This document shows, piece by piece, positions 10,010 to 20,534 of a stretch of DNA of 64,000 nucleotides (position 1 is the stretch's first letter; the number at the start of each line of letters is the position of its first letter). The DNA is from Candidatus Latescibacterota bacterium. Its GTDB lineage: Bacteria > Latescibacterota > UBA2968 > UBA8231. The translations under genes were made by a program, and so were the position numbers. The stretch is from assembly GCA_963422735.1 (NCBI GenBank), contig OY730476.1:2976001-3040000 (forward strand), in the 5' to 3' direction. The notes below the pieces were generated by a model, which ran no database searches, was not told where the DNA came from, and saw only the letters and a list, made by a program, of their open reading frames with translations.

Positions 10010-10756
10010 TCAAGCTCCGGGGAATGCTGCCAAATACACCTTGGTGCGCTCGTTCAAAACCCCGTAAAAAGCCCGCGTCTCTGCATCGTCGCTGTCCCGC
10101 CAAAACGCCGCCGGAATAGTCGAGTCGTTCGCCAGCGGTGCCCGGCTGCGATGCCCGTAATAAATCTGCGCGGTCCGGCGCTCGGCCTGCGTGGGCCGCG
10201 TCGTCGCCGTGTGCAGCACCGCCACGTTAAATAATGCACAGGTGCCCGCCGGACCGTGCAAGTGATACTCGCCGCCCCTCTTGAGTTGTTCCTCCTTATT
10301 TTCTAGCACTGACTGGCTTACCGATTCCGGTGAAAGGGAAAAACAATGCGTTCCTTCGTTGACATCGGCCAGATAGACCATGAGCTGGATGTAGTCCATC
10401 CTCAGCGGATGCTCGTCCCAATGCGGCCTGTCGCGGTGCCAACCCTGGTGCAACGGGCCGTCGTAGGCCCGCATCAGCCGCAGCCCGATCTCGCCAAAGC
10501 AGAGCGGCCCGCCCATCAGCGCCTCGATCGTCGGGTATATCTTGGGGTGGCGAATCAACTCGTCGAACTGCGGCGAGGTGATCAACGCCTCGTAGTTGGC
10601 GTGCTGCTGGTAGCCGTAGCGGTGCCAGAAATAGGGGTACTTTTCCATATCCCCATCGAACATGTCGCGAAAGTACTGCACCTCGTCGTCGGCGAGTACC
10701 TGCCCTAAGTTGAGGTAGCAGTTTGCGGCAAAGAAATCGCGGTCGGCTTGGTCCAT
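10010..10756 (-). CDS. Phytanoyl-CoA dioxygenase family protein
   Basis: GWHRD (HxD), QLMVYLADV, GTCALFNVAVLH...ERRT. Confidence 0.85.
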   Translation of the reverse strand: MDQADRDFFAANCYLNLGQVLADDEVQYFRDMFDGDMEKYPYFWHRYGYQQHANYEALITSPQFDELIRHPKIYPTIEALMGGPLCFGEIGLRLMRAYDGPLHQGWHRDRPHWDEHPLRMDYIQLMVYLADVNEGTHCFSLSPESVSQSVLENKEEQLKRGGEYHLHGPAGTCALFNVAVLHTATTRPTQAERRTAQIYYGHRSRAPLANDSTIPAAFWRDSDDAETRAFYGVLNERTKVYLAAFPGA

Positions 10757-10784
10757 CGCCTTGTCTCCTAATTTTGTTTGTGGC

Positions 10785-12530
10785 CTAGCCATATGGAATC
10801 CGCTCGCCGTGCCAAGGCAGGCGGAAGCTGGGCTGCTGGCTGTAACGCCGCATGGCGAGCGACAAGTCGATTTGGCTGGCCGGCGCCAATTCGACTTTGG
10901 AAATAGGTGCTATCCACGTTGAGGGCCTCGTCGCCGGCTCGCACTTGGCCAAAGCAGTGTTCCCCAAAGCTGCCGGCGCCGACGATCACCTGCCGAGTGC
11001 GGCTCGTGCTCAAGTTGACCAACGTCAGCTTCGCACCTTCGCCGCTGAGGCCGGTCACCAAGGCTGCTGCGTCCGGGCCGCTGCTGTTCACCGTCGAAAT
11101 AGCGCACCCGCCCTTGCGCCAGCCCGCCCCAGTAGATGGTCTGCGGCGCACCGGTCGTTAGCTGCACTAGGGCTTCGGTGACCACCGGATTGACCTGCTG
11201 CCACCAGTGGACATCGAGTTGGGTCAGATCCTGTTCGTCGTCTATAACCTTGGCGATGCGGTCGCAGACCTCTCGGTAGTTAGCCTGCAAGATGCGCTTG
11301 GGATAATCCGGGGAGTCGCCGGCGAGAAAGCGGGTCCAGGCCCGGTCGTCGAGCGAGCGCGGTCCGCGCTGCCCCACCTGCCTCCACTCGCTTTCGGCAC
11401 CTCGGCGCAAGGTCTCCAGCCGTTGCCAGTCCTGCTCCTCCATGGAAGCGGTCCACAAGTGGATCGGCGCATTGGGATCAATGGGGTTGAAGTCGGTCCA
11501 ACCCTCATCCGTGCACTTGTAGGGCACGAGCAGCCGCCCCCCCTCCTCACGGCCATGCTCGACTAGCTTATCCATGTGCATGCGGAGCAAGTCCAAATAC
11601 TTGGCCTCGCCTGTGACCAACAGCGCAGCTTCCACGGCCGCGGTCAGCGCGTGGGCCATCATGCCGTGTCCAAAGCGCCCGGTCCATCCGTACAGCCCGC
11701 CCCACCACTGCCCTTGGCGCATCTCGTGGGACCGATGTTGTCCGGGACGATGCCGCCGTTGGCCTCGGTGCGCTCTATCCAAGCCCCCACGTATTCCTCA
11801 ATCCCCTCCCGATACCGCGCCTCGCCGGTGTGGAGAAATGCCGTTGCCACCAAGACCGCGACGCCTACGTTGACGGTCACGTCGCCTTGCATGAACACTT
11901 GGTCGAATCGCTCCTCAACGCGGCGTTTGGTCTCGGGATACTCCCACCAGTTAGCGGGCAAATCAAAGCCCGGCCCCAGCGTGGTGTGGCCGTGGGCGAG
12001 ATCGTAGTGAATTTCGCCGGGCCGCATTTGGAAGAGCCGCCCCTTGCTGCCGCTACAGGGCGAGCGCACGATGTGGTGCTCGGGGTCGTAGTTGAGCACC
12101 GCTGGGTCGTCGTTCAAGTAAAATCCGGCAAAGCGCTGCGCCCGGCGGCGCGTCTCGGCGTTGGCCGGGTCGGCCGTCCCCAAGTGATAGAAGTAGATGT
12201 AGTTTTCGACGTTGTAGAACCAGTCATCGTCGTTGATAAACTCTCGGGTGACGCGGCCGTAGTCTTGCTCTAGTTGCCGAGACTCCTCTAGGGCCTTAAC
12301 GCCCGTGTACTCGCTGCCGCCTAGGGCATAGTAGTGAGGCCAGTTGAAGAATGACTCGTACAGGTCGTCGGCCCAGACCCCGTCTCCAGGGTATTCTTCC
12401 GTCCATATCAGGCTGCCGCCGGGGCGGGTGTACTAATCGGTGCTGCCTCGTCGATAGCGTCGATCAGTCGCCGTTCCAAGACCGCCCATAGCGGCGGCGC
12501 AGTGCGCGTTTGGCCTGTTAGCGTTTTCAC
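10785..12530 (-). pseudogene. Multiply frameshifted ~600-aa conserved hypothetical protein
   Basis: One coherent protein split over at least four frames (PPLWAVLERRL; ADDLYESFFNW; RFAGFYL...GGIVPDNIG; WWGGLYGW...NPVVTEALVQLTTGAP; LTLVNLS...GAGSFGEHCF). Confidence 0.7.
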
Positions 12531-12661
12531 GGTCTCGTCCTCTCGCAAAGGGCTTCTATAAGTAGATACGCATTCGCGCCGATGGCAAGTTTGACAATGT
12601 GGGCGTATTTTGTCGTATTTTATAAGACAAACGTCGCCACACAAAGAAAGCGGGCCATGCC

Positions 12662-13099
12662 ATGACCACTGCTATGACGACTCCTTTAGGGGAAACGGCG
12701 CAGATTCTCGGGGTGCGCCATAGGCTGCACAATGGCTTCGACCTAATTGAAATGAGCAATCGAGGCATTGCGCGGTCGGAGTTGATAAAACTAGCGGAAT
12801 ACCTCGCTATATCGCCGGGACAACTCATTCGCCTGCTGCCCATTAGCGAACGTACGGTGCAGCGACACGGCGACGCCAGACCATTCAGTCGGGCCGTCTC
12901 TGAGCAGGTTCTCCAGATCGCCAGCGTTGCTGCCAGAGGGGTAGCTGTCTTTGAGGACCGCGATTATTTCCTGGATTGGCTCAAACAACCCTGCGCGGCA
13001 TTGGGCAACAAAGTGCCGCTTGAATTGCTCAACTCGCGTTTCGGCGCAGATATCATCTTGGATGAGCTGGGTCGGATAGAGCACGGGGTATTTGCCTGA
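12662..13099 (+). CDS. Xre-MbcA/ParS antitoxin (type II TA)
   Basis: HTH (LPISERTVQR) and C-terminal VFED...WLKQPCAALGNKVPLELL...LGRIEHGVFA; stop overlaps the RES start. Confidence 0.92.
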   Translation: MTTAMTTPLGETAQILGVRHRLHNGFDLIEMSNRGIARSELIKLAEYLAISPGQLIRLLPISERTVQRHGDARPFSRAVSEQVLQIASVAARGVAVFEDRDYFLDWLKQPCAALGNKVPLELLNSRFGADIILDELGRIEHGVFA

Positions 13100-13557
13100 T
13101 GCGGCTTTTCCGAATCGCCAAGACCCGCTACATAAACGATTTATCGGGGGCCGGTGCCCGCGCCAACGGCGGTCGGTGGAATCGCGTCGGGGTGGGTTTG
13201 CTTTACACCTCGCCTAGTCGGGCATTGGCCATGGTGGAATACCTAGTACATGTGCCGTTGGCGCGGGTACCGAAAAATCTGAGTACCGCGACTATTGCAG
13301 TGCCCGATTATGTGTCAGCAGAGACTATTACTGAGGAGATGTTGCCAAACAACTGGCGGCAACATCCGGCCCCTGTCGAGCTAGAGGAGATCGGCACCCG
13401 TTGGATTGAGGAGAAGAGGTCCTTGTTGCTGCGCGTACCCTCAGCAGTAGTTAAGGGCGACTACAATGTGCTGATCAATCCAGCGCATTTAGAGATGAAA
13501 GGTGTGGAAATTGCGGCAGTTGAACCGTACCTGCTTGACGAGCGGCTAGTGCGATAG
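13099..13557 (+). CDS. RES-domain toxin (ParT/MbcT-like)
   Basis: FRIAK, LSGAGA..GGRWN, LYTS..ALAMVE, LRVPSAVV, NVLINP; the R-E-S residues are present. Confidence 0.93.
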   Translation: MRLFRIAKTRYINDLSGAGARANGGRWNRVGVGLLYTSPSRALAMVEYLVHVPLARVPKNLSTATIAVPDYVSAETITEEMLPNNWRQHPAPVELEEIGTRWIEEKRSLLLRVPSAVVKGDYNVLINPAHLEMKGVEIAAVEPYLLDERLVR

Positions 13558-13603
13558 CCGCGAAATTTGACTTGGAATTACATCCAGAGGAATGTAGAAT
13601 CAT

Positions 13604-14653
13604 TTAGCAGCTTTTCATAATAAAGTTGATAATTTTTTCTTTTCTTTTTTGTATTATTTCCTTGGTCCACACCTCATCAGGAGCGAAAGTTTTAATCTCC
13701 CTTTGCTGTTCATTATGAACATATGTTCTAAGTTTTTCGACGAACGGAATATTTCCAACTGCACAATTGTGAGATTTTGACAGCAGTAGATAATTACCAA
13801 GACAATTAAGGTGTTGATTCTTAAACTCTTCATCGTACTCGTCATAACCATGTGGTGTTCTCTCGGGTTCTGTGGTTGGGGCAATGTGTTCCAGTTCGGG
13901 ATTTCTTATGCTGTCAAAGCGAGAAGGGGAATAGCCTGCTTCGCCTTGACTTTCAAGATGATTTTCATATTTCCATAGCAGATGTTTTGCAGTCGCGTGA
14001 TGTATTCCTCCTTGGAGCGATTCTTCTAGCTTTTCATCATTCCAATAAGCCCACCACCAATCCGATACCGATATTGTCTTGAGCTGTTCTATCCGAGTTA
14101 CTATAGGACAAATATCTTTATTGTTTGGGCTGAAGTCCTGAAACACATCATTGATTCTTGATCTTATATCAGCGCGAGTTCCAATTAGGCGATGACGGAG
14201 CACTAGGTCTTCCAGCGATGAACATAACTTTCCTACCTCATCAATTAGCAGACCATACCTATACGCCTTTATGACAAACGGAAGCGCAGTGGCGATACTT
14301 CCGAGTGTTATTAAAGAATGTATTGCAAAGTTTTCTTTCTCATCTTTACAAAAGAAATAAGATAAATGATCAAAACTCATCTCAAGGGATCTTGTAAAAT
14401 TTTTAATGAAGACCAATCGCTTTTCTTCAGATAATTTTTTGTTTATTGTATCCAGGGCATTGGTTTCTGGTTCCCAAAGTGAATTAAAATGCACTCTCAA
14501 CGTATAAAGTAGGATGTCATCTTCACTGATACGAGATTCAATCTTAGAGATTGATTTATAAATTTTTTCAAAACGATTCTTAATCTCCTCCATAAGTTCC
14601 TCTCTACCATTATTGCTATACAGATGCACATCCACATTCCGTATCAAAATCAC
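13604..14653 (-). pseudogene. 5'-truncated GmrSD-like type IV restriction gene (DUF1524/HNH half only)
   Basis: AT-rich; ELEHIAP...LNCLGNYLLLSKSHN..VGNIPFVEK is the DUF1524 motif; no DUF262 (DGQQR) region; no convincing start. Confidence 0.75.
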
Positions 14654-14659
14654 TCCGTT

Positions 14660-14851
14660 CTATGACCCTCGGCAGGCGATTCTGCTCTTCCAATCCGATG
14701 TCGCCTTCTGTAGGCGACAGAAGATGTACGCCGTCGGAACTGCAATCAGCAGAACGAGTCCCAGGCGGCAGAGAAGGTAAGCCGGAACTACAATCAGCAG
14801 AACGAGTACCGAAGCGATGTCGAGGAGGTGCCTTACTTTCGGAGATGTCAT
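14660..14851 (-). CDS. Possible small membrane protein with an internally duplicated segment
   Basis: AGGAG RBS before ATG; LVLLIVVPAY / LVLLIAVPTAY duplication with a 48-bp period. Confidence 0.4.
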   Translation of the reverse strand: MTSPKVRHLLDIASVLVLLIVVPAYLLCRLGLVLLIAVPTAYIFCRLQKATSDWKSRIACRGS

Positions 14852-14981
14852 GGCAGTTTATCTCCTTTCGGGGCTTGGGTGCGTGCGCCAGATGGGGAGA
14901 AAGTTAATTGAGCTTTCGAAGGACGGGGAAAAAAGGAAGGCAAAAGTACACGGCCCATAGGAGGTACAAAGGGAACTGATG

Positions 14982-15017
14982 AAGCTAGCGATGCGAGCGG
15001 CTGCGCATCGCTAGCTT
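14982..15017. terminator. Hairpin downstream of tRNA-Leu
   Basis: AAGCTAGCGATGCG-N8-CGCATCGCTAGCTT, a perfect 14-bp stem. Confidence 0.6.
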
Positions 15018-15033
15018 ACAATGGTAAACAAAA

Positions 15034-15120
15034 TGGTGCCGGAGGTGGGACTCGAACCCACACACCCTTGCGGATACAGGATTTTGAATCCAGCGCGTCT
15101 ACCAATTCCGCCACTCCGGC
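15034..15120 (-). tRNA. tRNA-Leu(CAA)
   Basis: GCCGGAG...GGAATTGGTAGAC...CTGGA-TT-CAA-AA-TCCTG, long variable arm, GTTCGAGTC T-loop, encoded CCA. Confidence 0.97.
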
Positions 15121-15128
15121 TATACCAT

Positions 15129-15575
15129 TTACCACTCCTCTCGTTCGCTCTTCGGCTTGCCGAGGATTTCCATATAGACGATCGCGTCGCGTGCCGTCTG
15201 AGGGTTGAGAACCCAGCGGCTCCGTTTGCGACGAGGCCGCTGCTCCTCGCCTGAATCCTGGGGCTTAGTCTCCGTCAGCCGCTCCATGTCCTGCCGCTCA
15301 GCCGCTGGAGCCTCTCGCTCGGCTTCTAGTTCCTCCTGTTCAGCCGCGGCCGGATCGACCTCAGCGAGAACCGGCTCCTCAAAGGGATCGCCGTCAAAAG
15401 GCCACCCAAAAGTCGGTTCTTCTTCCTTCTCCTCCTCGGCGACAACAAGCGTGGCCGGATTGACATCGGCATGCTGTTGTTGTGCTTCTTCAAGCTGTTT
15501 GCGGCGCCTGCGACGCTCCATCAGCGCCGAAAACACGCTGAACAGTATCGCGAGGATAAAAATTAGGAGTTCCAT
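15129..15575 (-). CDS. Hypothetical membrane-anchored protein (YqfB-like position)
   Basis: N-terminal TM, acidic linker, C-terminal ARDAIVYMEILGKPK; directly follows floA. Confidence 0.65.
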   Translation of the reverse strand: MELLIFILAILFSVFSALMERRRRRKQLEEAQQQHADVNPATLVVAEEEKEEEPTFGWPFDGDPFEEPVLAEVDPAAAEQEELEAEREAPAAERQDMERLTETKPQDSGEEQRPRRKRSRWVLNPQTARDAIVYMEILGKPKSEREEW

Positions 15576-15578
15576 GAG

Positions 15579-16562
15579 CTAATTATCGCGTTCCTCGCCG
15601 CTTTCGGAAATCGAGTCGCGCATATCCGTGTCGGCTTGGATATTGCGCATGCGATAGTAGTCCATAATGCCCAAATTGCCCTCGCGGAAAGCCTCGGCCA
15701 TTGCGCGCGGTACTTCGGCCTCTGCTTCCTTGACTCGCGACTCCATCTCCACTACTTGGGCCGTCATCTCCTGCTCGCGCGCCTGGGCCATGGCTCGACG
15801 TTCCTCGGCCTTGGCTTGGGCGATTTTGAGATCGGCATCCGCCTGATCGGTCTGTAGTTTAGCACCGATATTCTCGCCCACATCGACGTCGGCGATATCG
15901 ATGGAGAGGATTTCAAAAGCCGTACCCGAATCCAGCCCCTTTTCCAGCACCGTCCTCGAAATGAGATCGGGATTCTCCAGCACCTCTTTGTGCGTCGCCG
16001 ACGAGCCGATAGTGGTAACGATGCCCTCGCCGACGCGCGCGATGATCGTCTCCTCGCCAGCACCGCCAACCAGCCGGTCGATATTGGCGCGCACCGTCAC
16101 CCGGCACAGGGCCTTGACCTGGATGCCGTCTTTGGCGACCGCCGCGACCAATGGCGTGTTGATCACTTTGGGATTGACGCTCAGCTTGACCGCTTCGAGC
16201 ACATCGCGACCGGCCAAGTCGATCGCCGTAGCCCGCTCGAAGCTCAGATCAATATTGGCCTTGTCGGCCGAGATCAGCGCCAAGATCACCAGGTTGACAT
16301 TGCCGCCGGCCAGAAAGTGGGCTTCCATGCGATCCAAGCTCACGTCGAGACCGGCTTTGGTCGCGCTGATCTTGGGGCTGACGATCTGGCGGGGCGGTAC
16401 CTTGCGCAGCCGCATACCCACCAAGTCCTTGAAGATCGCCACCCTGACCCCGGCGAAATAAGCCGTGATCCACAGACCTACCGGGATGAAGTAAGTGAAA
16501 AGGGCCATAAAGATGATGATGAGGAAGAACACCAAGACTAAAAAAAGGACTGAAACGTCCAT
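15579..16562 (-). CDS. floA: Flotillin-like protein FloA (YqfA)
   Basis: [64 protein letters not shown]. Confidence 0.95.
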   Translation of the reverse strand: MDVSVLFLVLVFFLIIIFMALFTYFIPVGLWITAYFAGVRVAIFKDLVGMRLRKVPPRQIVSPKISATKAGLDVSLDRMEAHFLAGGNVNLVILALISADKANIDLSFERATAIDLAGRDVLEAVKLSVNPKVINTPLVAAVAKDGIQVKALCRVTVRANIDRLVGGAGEETIIARVGEGIVTTIGSSATHKEVLENPDLISRTVLEKGLDSGTAFEILSIDIADVDVGENIGAKLQTDQADADLKIAQAKAEERRAMAQAREQEMTAQVVEMESRVKEAEAEVPRAMAEAFREGNLGIMDYYRMRNIQADTDMRDSISESGEERDN

Positions 16563-16587
16563 GATAAGCTCCTTGAAGTAAAGGAAA

Positions 16588-17097
16588 CTAACGCTCGGCA
16601 CCGACTGGTTGAACGACCACTCTGTTGCCGGCTACTTTTAATACCTCGACCTGCTGTCCGCGCTCAAGATAGCCACCCTCGCTGACTACGTCGACTACGC
16701 GCTCGCCGAACTGCGCCCGCCCCGCCGGCCTCAGCGTCGTCAGCACCTCGCCCGTCTGCCCGAGCAAATTCTCGCGGCTGGACTCGACCGAGTCGTAGCC
16801 GGCCTTGCGCGTCATGCCCTCGTTGAGCACCAAGCGGTTCCAAGCGCGGACCTTGAGTATCAGTCTCACTAGGACGGCGGTACCCACAAGCCCCAAGCCA
16901 GCCACGACTCCAGCCGCCAAGCCACCCATATTTACATAGGCATAGCCAATGCCGGCGACGGTGGTCAGAAAACCAACGACGCCGAAGATATTGAGACCTG
17001 GAATCACGAAAATTTCTAAGAGCACCAGCGCAAAGCCGAGTACCAGCAGGGCCAGCGAATAAATCCATTCCAACACCTCTCCCCCCAGAAAGTTCAT
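16588..17097 (-). CDS. Short NfeD family protein
   Basis: TM bundle plus OB fold ([14 protein letters not shown]...DVVSEGGYL...GNRVVV). Confidence 0.9.
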   Translation of the reverse strand: MNFLGGEVLEWIYSLALLVLGFALVLLEIFVIPGLNIFGVVGFLTTVAGIGYAYVNMGGLAAGVVAGLGLVGTAVLVRLILKVRAWNRLVLNEGMTRKAGYDSVESSRENLLGQTGEVLTTLRPAGRAQFGERVVDVVSEGGYLERGQQVEVLKVAGNRVVVQPVGAER

Positions 17098-18413
17098 AGC
17101 ACCTTTACCACCACGCGACTACCTCGGGCTTCGACGACTTTAATGGGCCGCTGCGCCTCGATGAATTCGCCTTCGGCGATCACGGTGAGCCGCCTGCCTT
17201 CAAACAGGGCTATACCTGAGGGCCGCAGGTAGCTGACCGTGACCCCCTCCTTGCCCAACAGTTTCTCGTCGGTTTTGCACGAGGAGGAAGTGTACCCGTC
17301 GGCGGCCTTGATTTCGCTGTGGAGTACTAGGCGGTTGAAGGCGGCGAACTTGGGCAGGGAGCGCAAAACGATGAGCGAGAGTATAAACGCGCTGATCATC
17401 GAGCCTGCGAGACGCCCTATCACCGAGGCGATTTCGTCGAAACTCCACAATTGAAAATCGCCCAATTGGGTAATCACCACGCTCGCAATCATCGCCCCGA
17501 TACCCAACACGCCCACAATGCCAAAGCCCGGAATGGCCACTAGCTCAACGACTAAAAGCGTTGCGCCCACAGCAAAGAGCGCGAGCTCCTGCCACTTTGC
17601 CAAGTGGACGATCAAGTGGCTGCCGAAGAAAAGCCCCAGAGCCACCAATGCGAGCGTACCCCCCAAGCCCCAACCGGGCGTACGCACCTCGGCGATTAAG
17701 CCGAACATAGCCACCGCTAGCAAAATCGAAGTGACGACCGGGTGGGTCAACAAGCGCAAGACGTGCTCGGTCCAGTTGAGCTCGACTTCCACGATTTCGG
17801 CCTCTCCTAGATCGTAGATGCGCAACAACTCGATCAGCGTCTCGGCCGTCTCGTCGGCCATCTGGTAGTTGAGCGCCTGCTCCGTAGTCAAGGTGGCCGG
17901 CCGGCCCGCTTCGACGCTCAGACCCGGTACGTCGACCCGCTCGTCCACCATGGCCTCGGCAATTTTGACGTCGCGGCCGGTGCGCTCAGCCGTAGCGCGC
18001 ATCTCGGCGCGCATATAGGAGGTCACTTTGTTGCTGGCCTTGGTACCCGTGGCATCGACCGGGGTAGTCGCGCCCATGGTCGCGGCTTGCGTCATGACGA
18101 TCTTATTGCAAGCCAGCGAGATGAGTGCACCGGCCGAAATCGCTCGCTTATTGATAAAGGCGATGGTCAGGGTTTCGGCGTCGAGGATGGCATCGCGGAT
18201 CACAGTGGCCGCATCGACTCGCCCGCCAAAGGTGTCGATTTCAAAGACGATTGCGTCGGCCTCGACCTCGTCGGCCTCGTCTATCACGCGCTCGACCAAG
18301 GCCGCCACGCCCGGGTCAATCATGCCCTCTAGCTTGAGGTGGACGCGATAGACGGTCTGAGCGTGGGCACTGCCAGCCGACAAAATTAGAAGTATGTAGA
18401 TAAGGAGTCGCAT
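17094..18413 (-). CDS. Long NfeD/YqeZ protein (ClpP-like domain, TMs, OB fold)
   Basis: IDTFGGRVDAA, AISAGALI, MRATAE..GRD..IAEAMVD, LRPSG...EGEFI. Confidence 0.92.
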   Translation of the reverse strand: MRLLIYILLILSAGSAHAQTVYRVHLKLEGMIDPGVAALVERVIDEADEVEADAIVFEIDTFGGRVDAATVIRDAILDAETLTIAFINKRAISAGALISLACNKIVMTQAATMGATTPVDATGTKASNKVTSYMRAEMRATAERTGRDVKIAEAMVDERVDVPGLSVEAGRPATLTTEQALNYQMADETAETLIELLRIYDLGEAEIVEVELNWTEHVLRLLTHPVVTSILLAVAMFGLIAEVRTPGWGLGGTLALVALGLFFGSHLIVHLAKWQELALFAVGATLLVVELVAIPGFGIVGVLGIGAMIASVVITQLGDFQLWSFDEIASVIGRLAGSMISAFILSLIVLRSLPKFAAFNRLVLHSEIKAADGYTSSSCKTDEKLLGKEGVTVSYLRPSGIALFEGRRLTVIAEGEFIEAQRPIKVVEARGSRVVVKVL

Positions 18414-18534
18414 TATCTGTTCTATGAAGTTATATATTGTAATCTAAGTATCTAACCATTGTCAACAACCCCATTTGACCGTCCTTACGGCCCAACCTAC
18501 TTTGTGATTTTTGCATCTACGGAATGGAAAAGCC

Positions 18535-19803
18535 ATGCCCCGCAAGCTCGAAGTGCTGCTCAAAGGTGGCCACGTAATCGACCCTGCCAACGACATTGAC
18601 GGCGTCGCAGACGTCGGCGTACTCGACGGCCGCATCGCTCGCGTCGAAGAGTATATCCCCACCATCGATGCCCACCGCGTAATTGATGTCGGCAACCTAG
18701 TCGTCGTGCCGGGCTTGCTCGATATTCACGTCCATACGTACCATACCCGCGCCCGCAAATCTGGCGGGTTGGTGGGCAGCCTCAACGCCGACGCCCACTT
18801 CCTCAAAGAGGGTGTAACCACCTGCGTCGATACTGGTACCGCCGGTGCCGAGGAGTTCGAGCACTTCCGCGAGACGGTGATTGACCACTCCAAGATCCGC
18901 ATGTTCGCCTATGTCAACATCGCCGCCCCAGGTATGGGCCCTCCCGAACAGGTCGTTGCCAACCTCGCTCCTCATCGGGCGGCCGAGATGGCCGCGGCCC
19001 ACGACGATGTATGCGTCGGCATCAAGACCGCCCACTATTGGACCACCAAGCCCTTTGACGACGAGCATCCGCCTTGGGCCTCGGTTGACGCTGCCGTCGA
19101 GGCCGGCGAGCGTTGCAAAATGCCGGTGATGGTTGACTTTTGGCCGCGCCCGCCCGAGCGCTCCTACCCCGATCTCCTCCTCAAGCACCTGCGCCCAGGC
19201 GATATCCACACTCACATCTTTGCCCGTCAGTTCCCCGTCGTCGATGAAAACGGCGCGGTGTACGACTATATGCGCGAGGCACGCAAGAAGGGCGTTCACT
19301 TCGATCTCGGCCACGGGGCGGCCAGCTTCTGGTACCGCGCCGCCATGCCGGCCATCGCCGACCGTTTCCCACCCGACTCGATCAGCACTGACCTACATAT
19401 GGGCAATATCAACGGCCACGTTCACTCGATGCTCGACACGATGTCCAAGTGCTTGGCCATGGACATGCCCTTACAGGAAGTGATCTACCGATCTACCGTC
19501 ACGCCTGCTTGCGCCATCCGCCGGCCCGAGTTGGGGACTTTGACACCCGGCTCTGAGGCCGACATCGCCGTGCTGGGCGTCCTTGAAGGCAACTTCTACT
19601 TTCGCGACTGCGGCTGGGCCTGCATCGAAGCCCGGCATCGCCTTGAATGCGCGCTGACCCTGCGCGCGGGCGAAGTGGTCTGGGACCGTCACGGCATGAC
19701 CTGCCCGCACCTACAAGAGATCCCACCAGAAGCCGAATACTGGCACCTGCCCGAGCGCCAAGCCACCAGCCCGGTACCGCGCCTCTGGCGCACCGACGCC
19801 TGA
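18535..19803 (+). CDS. Amidohydrolase/deacetylase family metallohydrolase (dihydroorotase-like)
   Basis: GGHVIDPAN, PGLLDIHVH, GVTTCVDTG, LRPGDIHTH, FDLGHG, ISTDLH. Confidence 0.9.
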   Translation: MPRKLEVLLKGGHVIDPANDIDGVADVGVLDGRIARVEEYIPTIDAHRVIDVGNLVVVPGLLDIHVHTYHTRARKSGGLVGSLNADAHFLKEGVTTCVDTGTAGAEEFEHFRETVIDHSKIRMFAYVNIAAPGMGPPEQVVANLAPHRAAEMAAAHDDVCVGIKTAHYWTTKPFDDEHPPWASVDAAVEAGERCKMPVMVDFWPRPPERSYPDLLLKHLRPGDIHTHIFARQFPVVDENGAVYDYMREARKKGVHFDLGHGAASFWYRAAMPAIADRFPPDSISTDLHMGNINGHVHSMLDTMSKCLAMDMPLQEVIYRSTVTPACAIRRPELGTLTPGSEADIAVLGVLEGNFYFRDCGWACIEARHRLECALTLRAGEVVWDRHGMTCPHLQEIPPEAEYWHLPERQATSPVPRLWRTDA

Positions 19804-19817
19804 GTAGGCCGCGCTTC

Positions 19818-20292
19818 TTAGGCCATCAGCACCAATTCCCCAAAGTAGGTCGCGTAAAATCCGCGATCCCGGCTCAATAGTCGGTCGGCTTGGTGCAAGG
19901 CGTGGGCACCGATGAGAAAATCGCTGACGATGTGCTGCCGACCGCGCAATCGCACATCACACTGGGCGCATTGCACTTCGCTCTGTACGCTATTACACGC
20001 CGCACAGCACCATCCATTTCCTTCTCCGCTCTCGATAGGTCCTCCAAGCTAAACCGGCTGCAAATAGGGCATCCTCAGTCGCCGGCACTCGCCTAATCCC
20101 AGTATCGCGCAAAAAAGCCTCTATCGCTGGTTGTTCCACAAACTGCGAGGCCAACTCTGCCCAAACGACCTCGCATACAATCAGCTCACCTTCGCCGTGG
20201 GCCTTTTCCAGTTTCGCCTTAGACGAATCCACAAAACGCGCACTGGGAATCAACAAGTCCAAAAAGATATTAGTATCAACGGCGGTGCTCAT
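19818..20292 (-). pseudogene. vapC: VapC/PIN toxin with CxxC...CxxC insert, frameshifted
   Basis: AVDTNIF, VVWAEL; after the ATGG duplication (20010-20017) it continues CCAAC..QCAQC..IVSDFLIGAHA...LLSRDRGFY to TAA at 19818. Confidence 0.85.
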
Positions 20293-20516
20293 TCGTCGTC
20301 CCTGAGCTGGGCGACGATGCGGTCCGGGTCCGCGCCATCTTTAGTGGTTAGATAGCCGACGTAGCGTTCAAAGAAGGTTGTAGCCAATACCGGCTTTACG
20401 ACCACCCTCCGGTCGGGCAGCAGTTCAAACGCTACTCGGTCGCCCGGTTTGACCCCCAACACTTGGCGGATATTCTTGGGAATGGTCACCTGTGCTTTGC
20501 TCGTTATTCGAGACAT
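20289..20516 (-). CDS. AbrB/MazE/SpoVT family antitoxin
   Basis: SRITSKAQVTIPKNIRQVLGVKPGDRVAF; stop overlaps the PIN start. Confidence 0.92.
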   Translation of the reverse strand: MSRITSKAQVTIPKNIRQVLGVKPGDRVAFELLPDRRVVVKPVLATTFFERYVGYLTTKDGADPDRIVAQLRDDE

Positions 20517-20534
20517 CCTTTTACTCCTTTTGCG

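Noticed and set aside
12560-15120. Intact integrative element or prophage at tRNA-Leu
   Set aside because: No integrase, phage genes or duplicated tRNA 3' end were found by eye.
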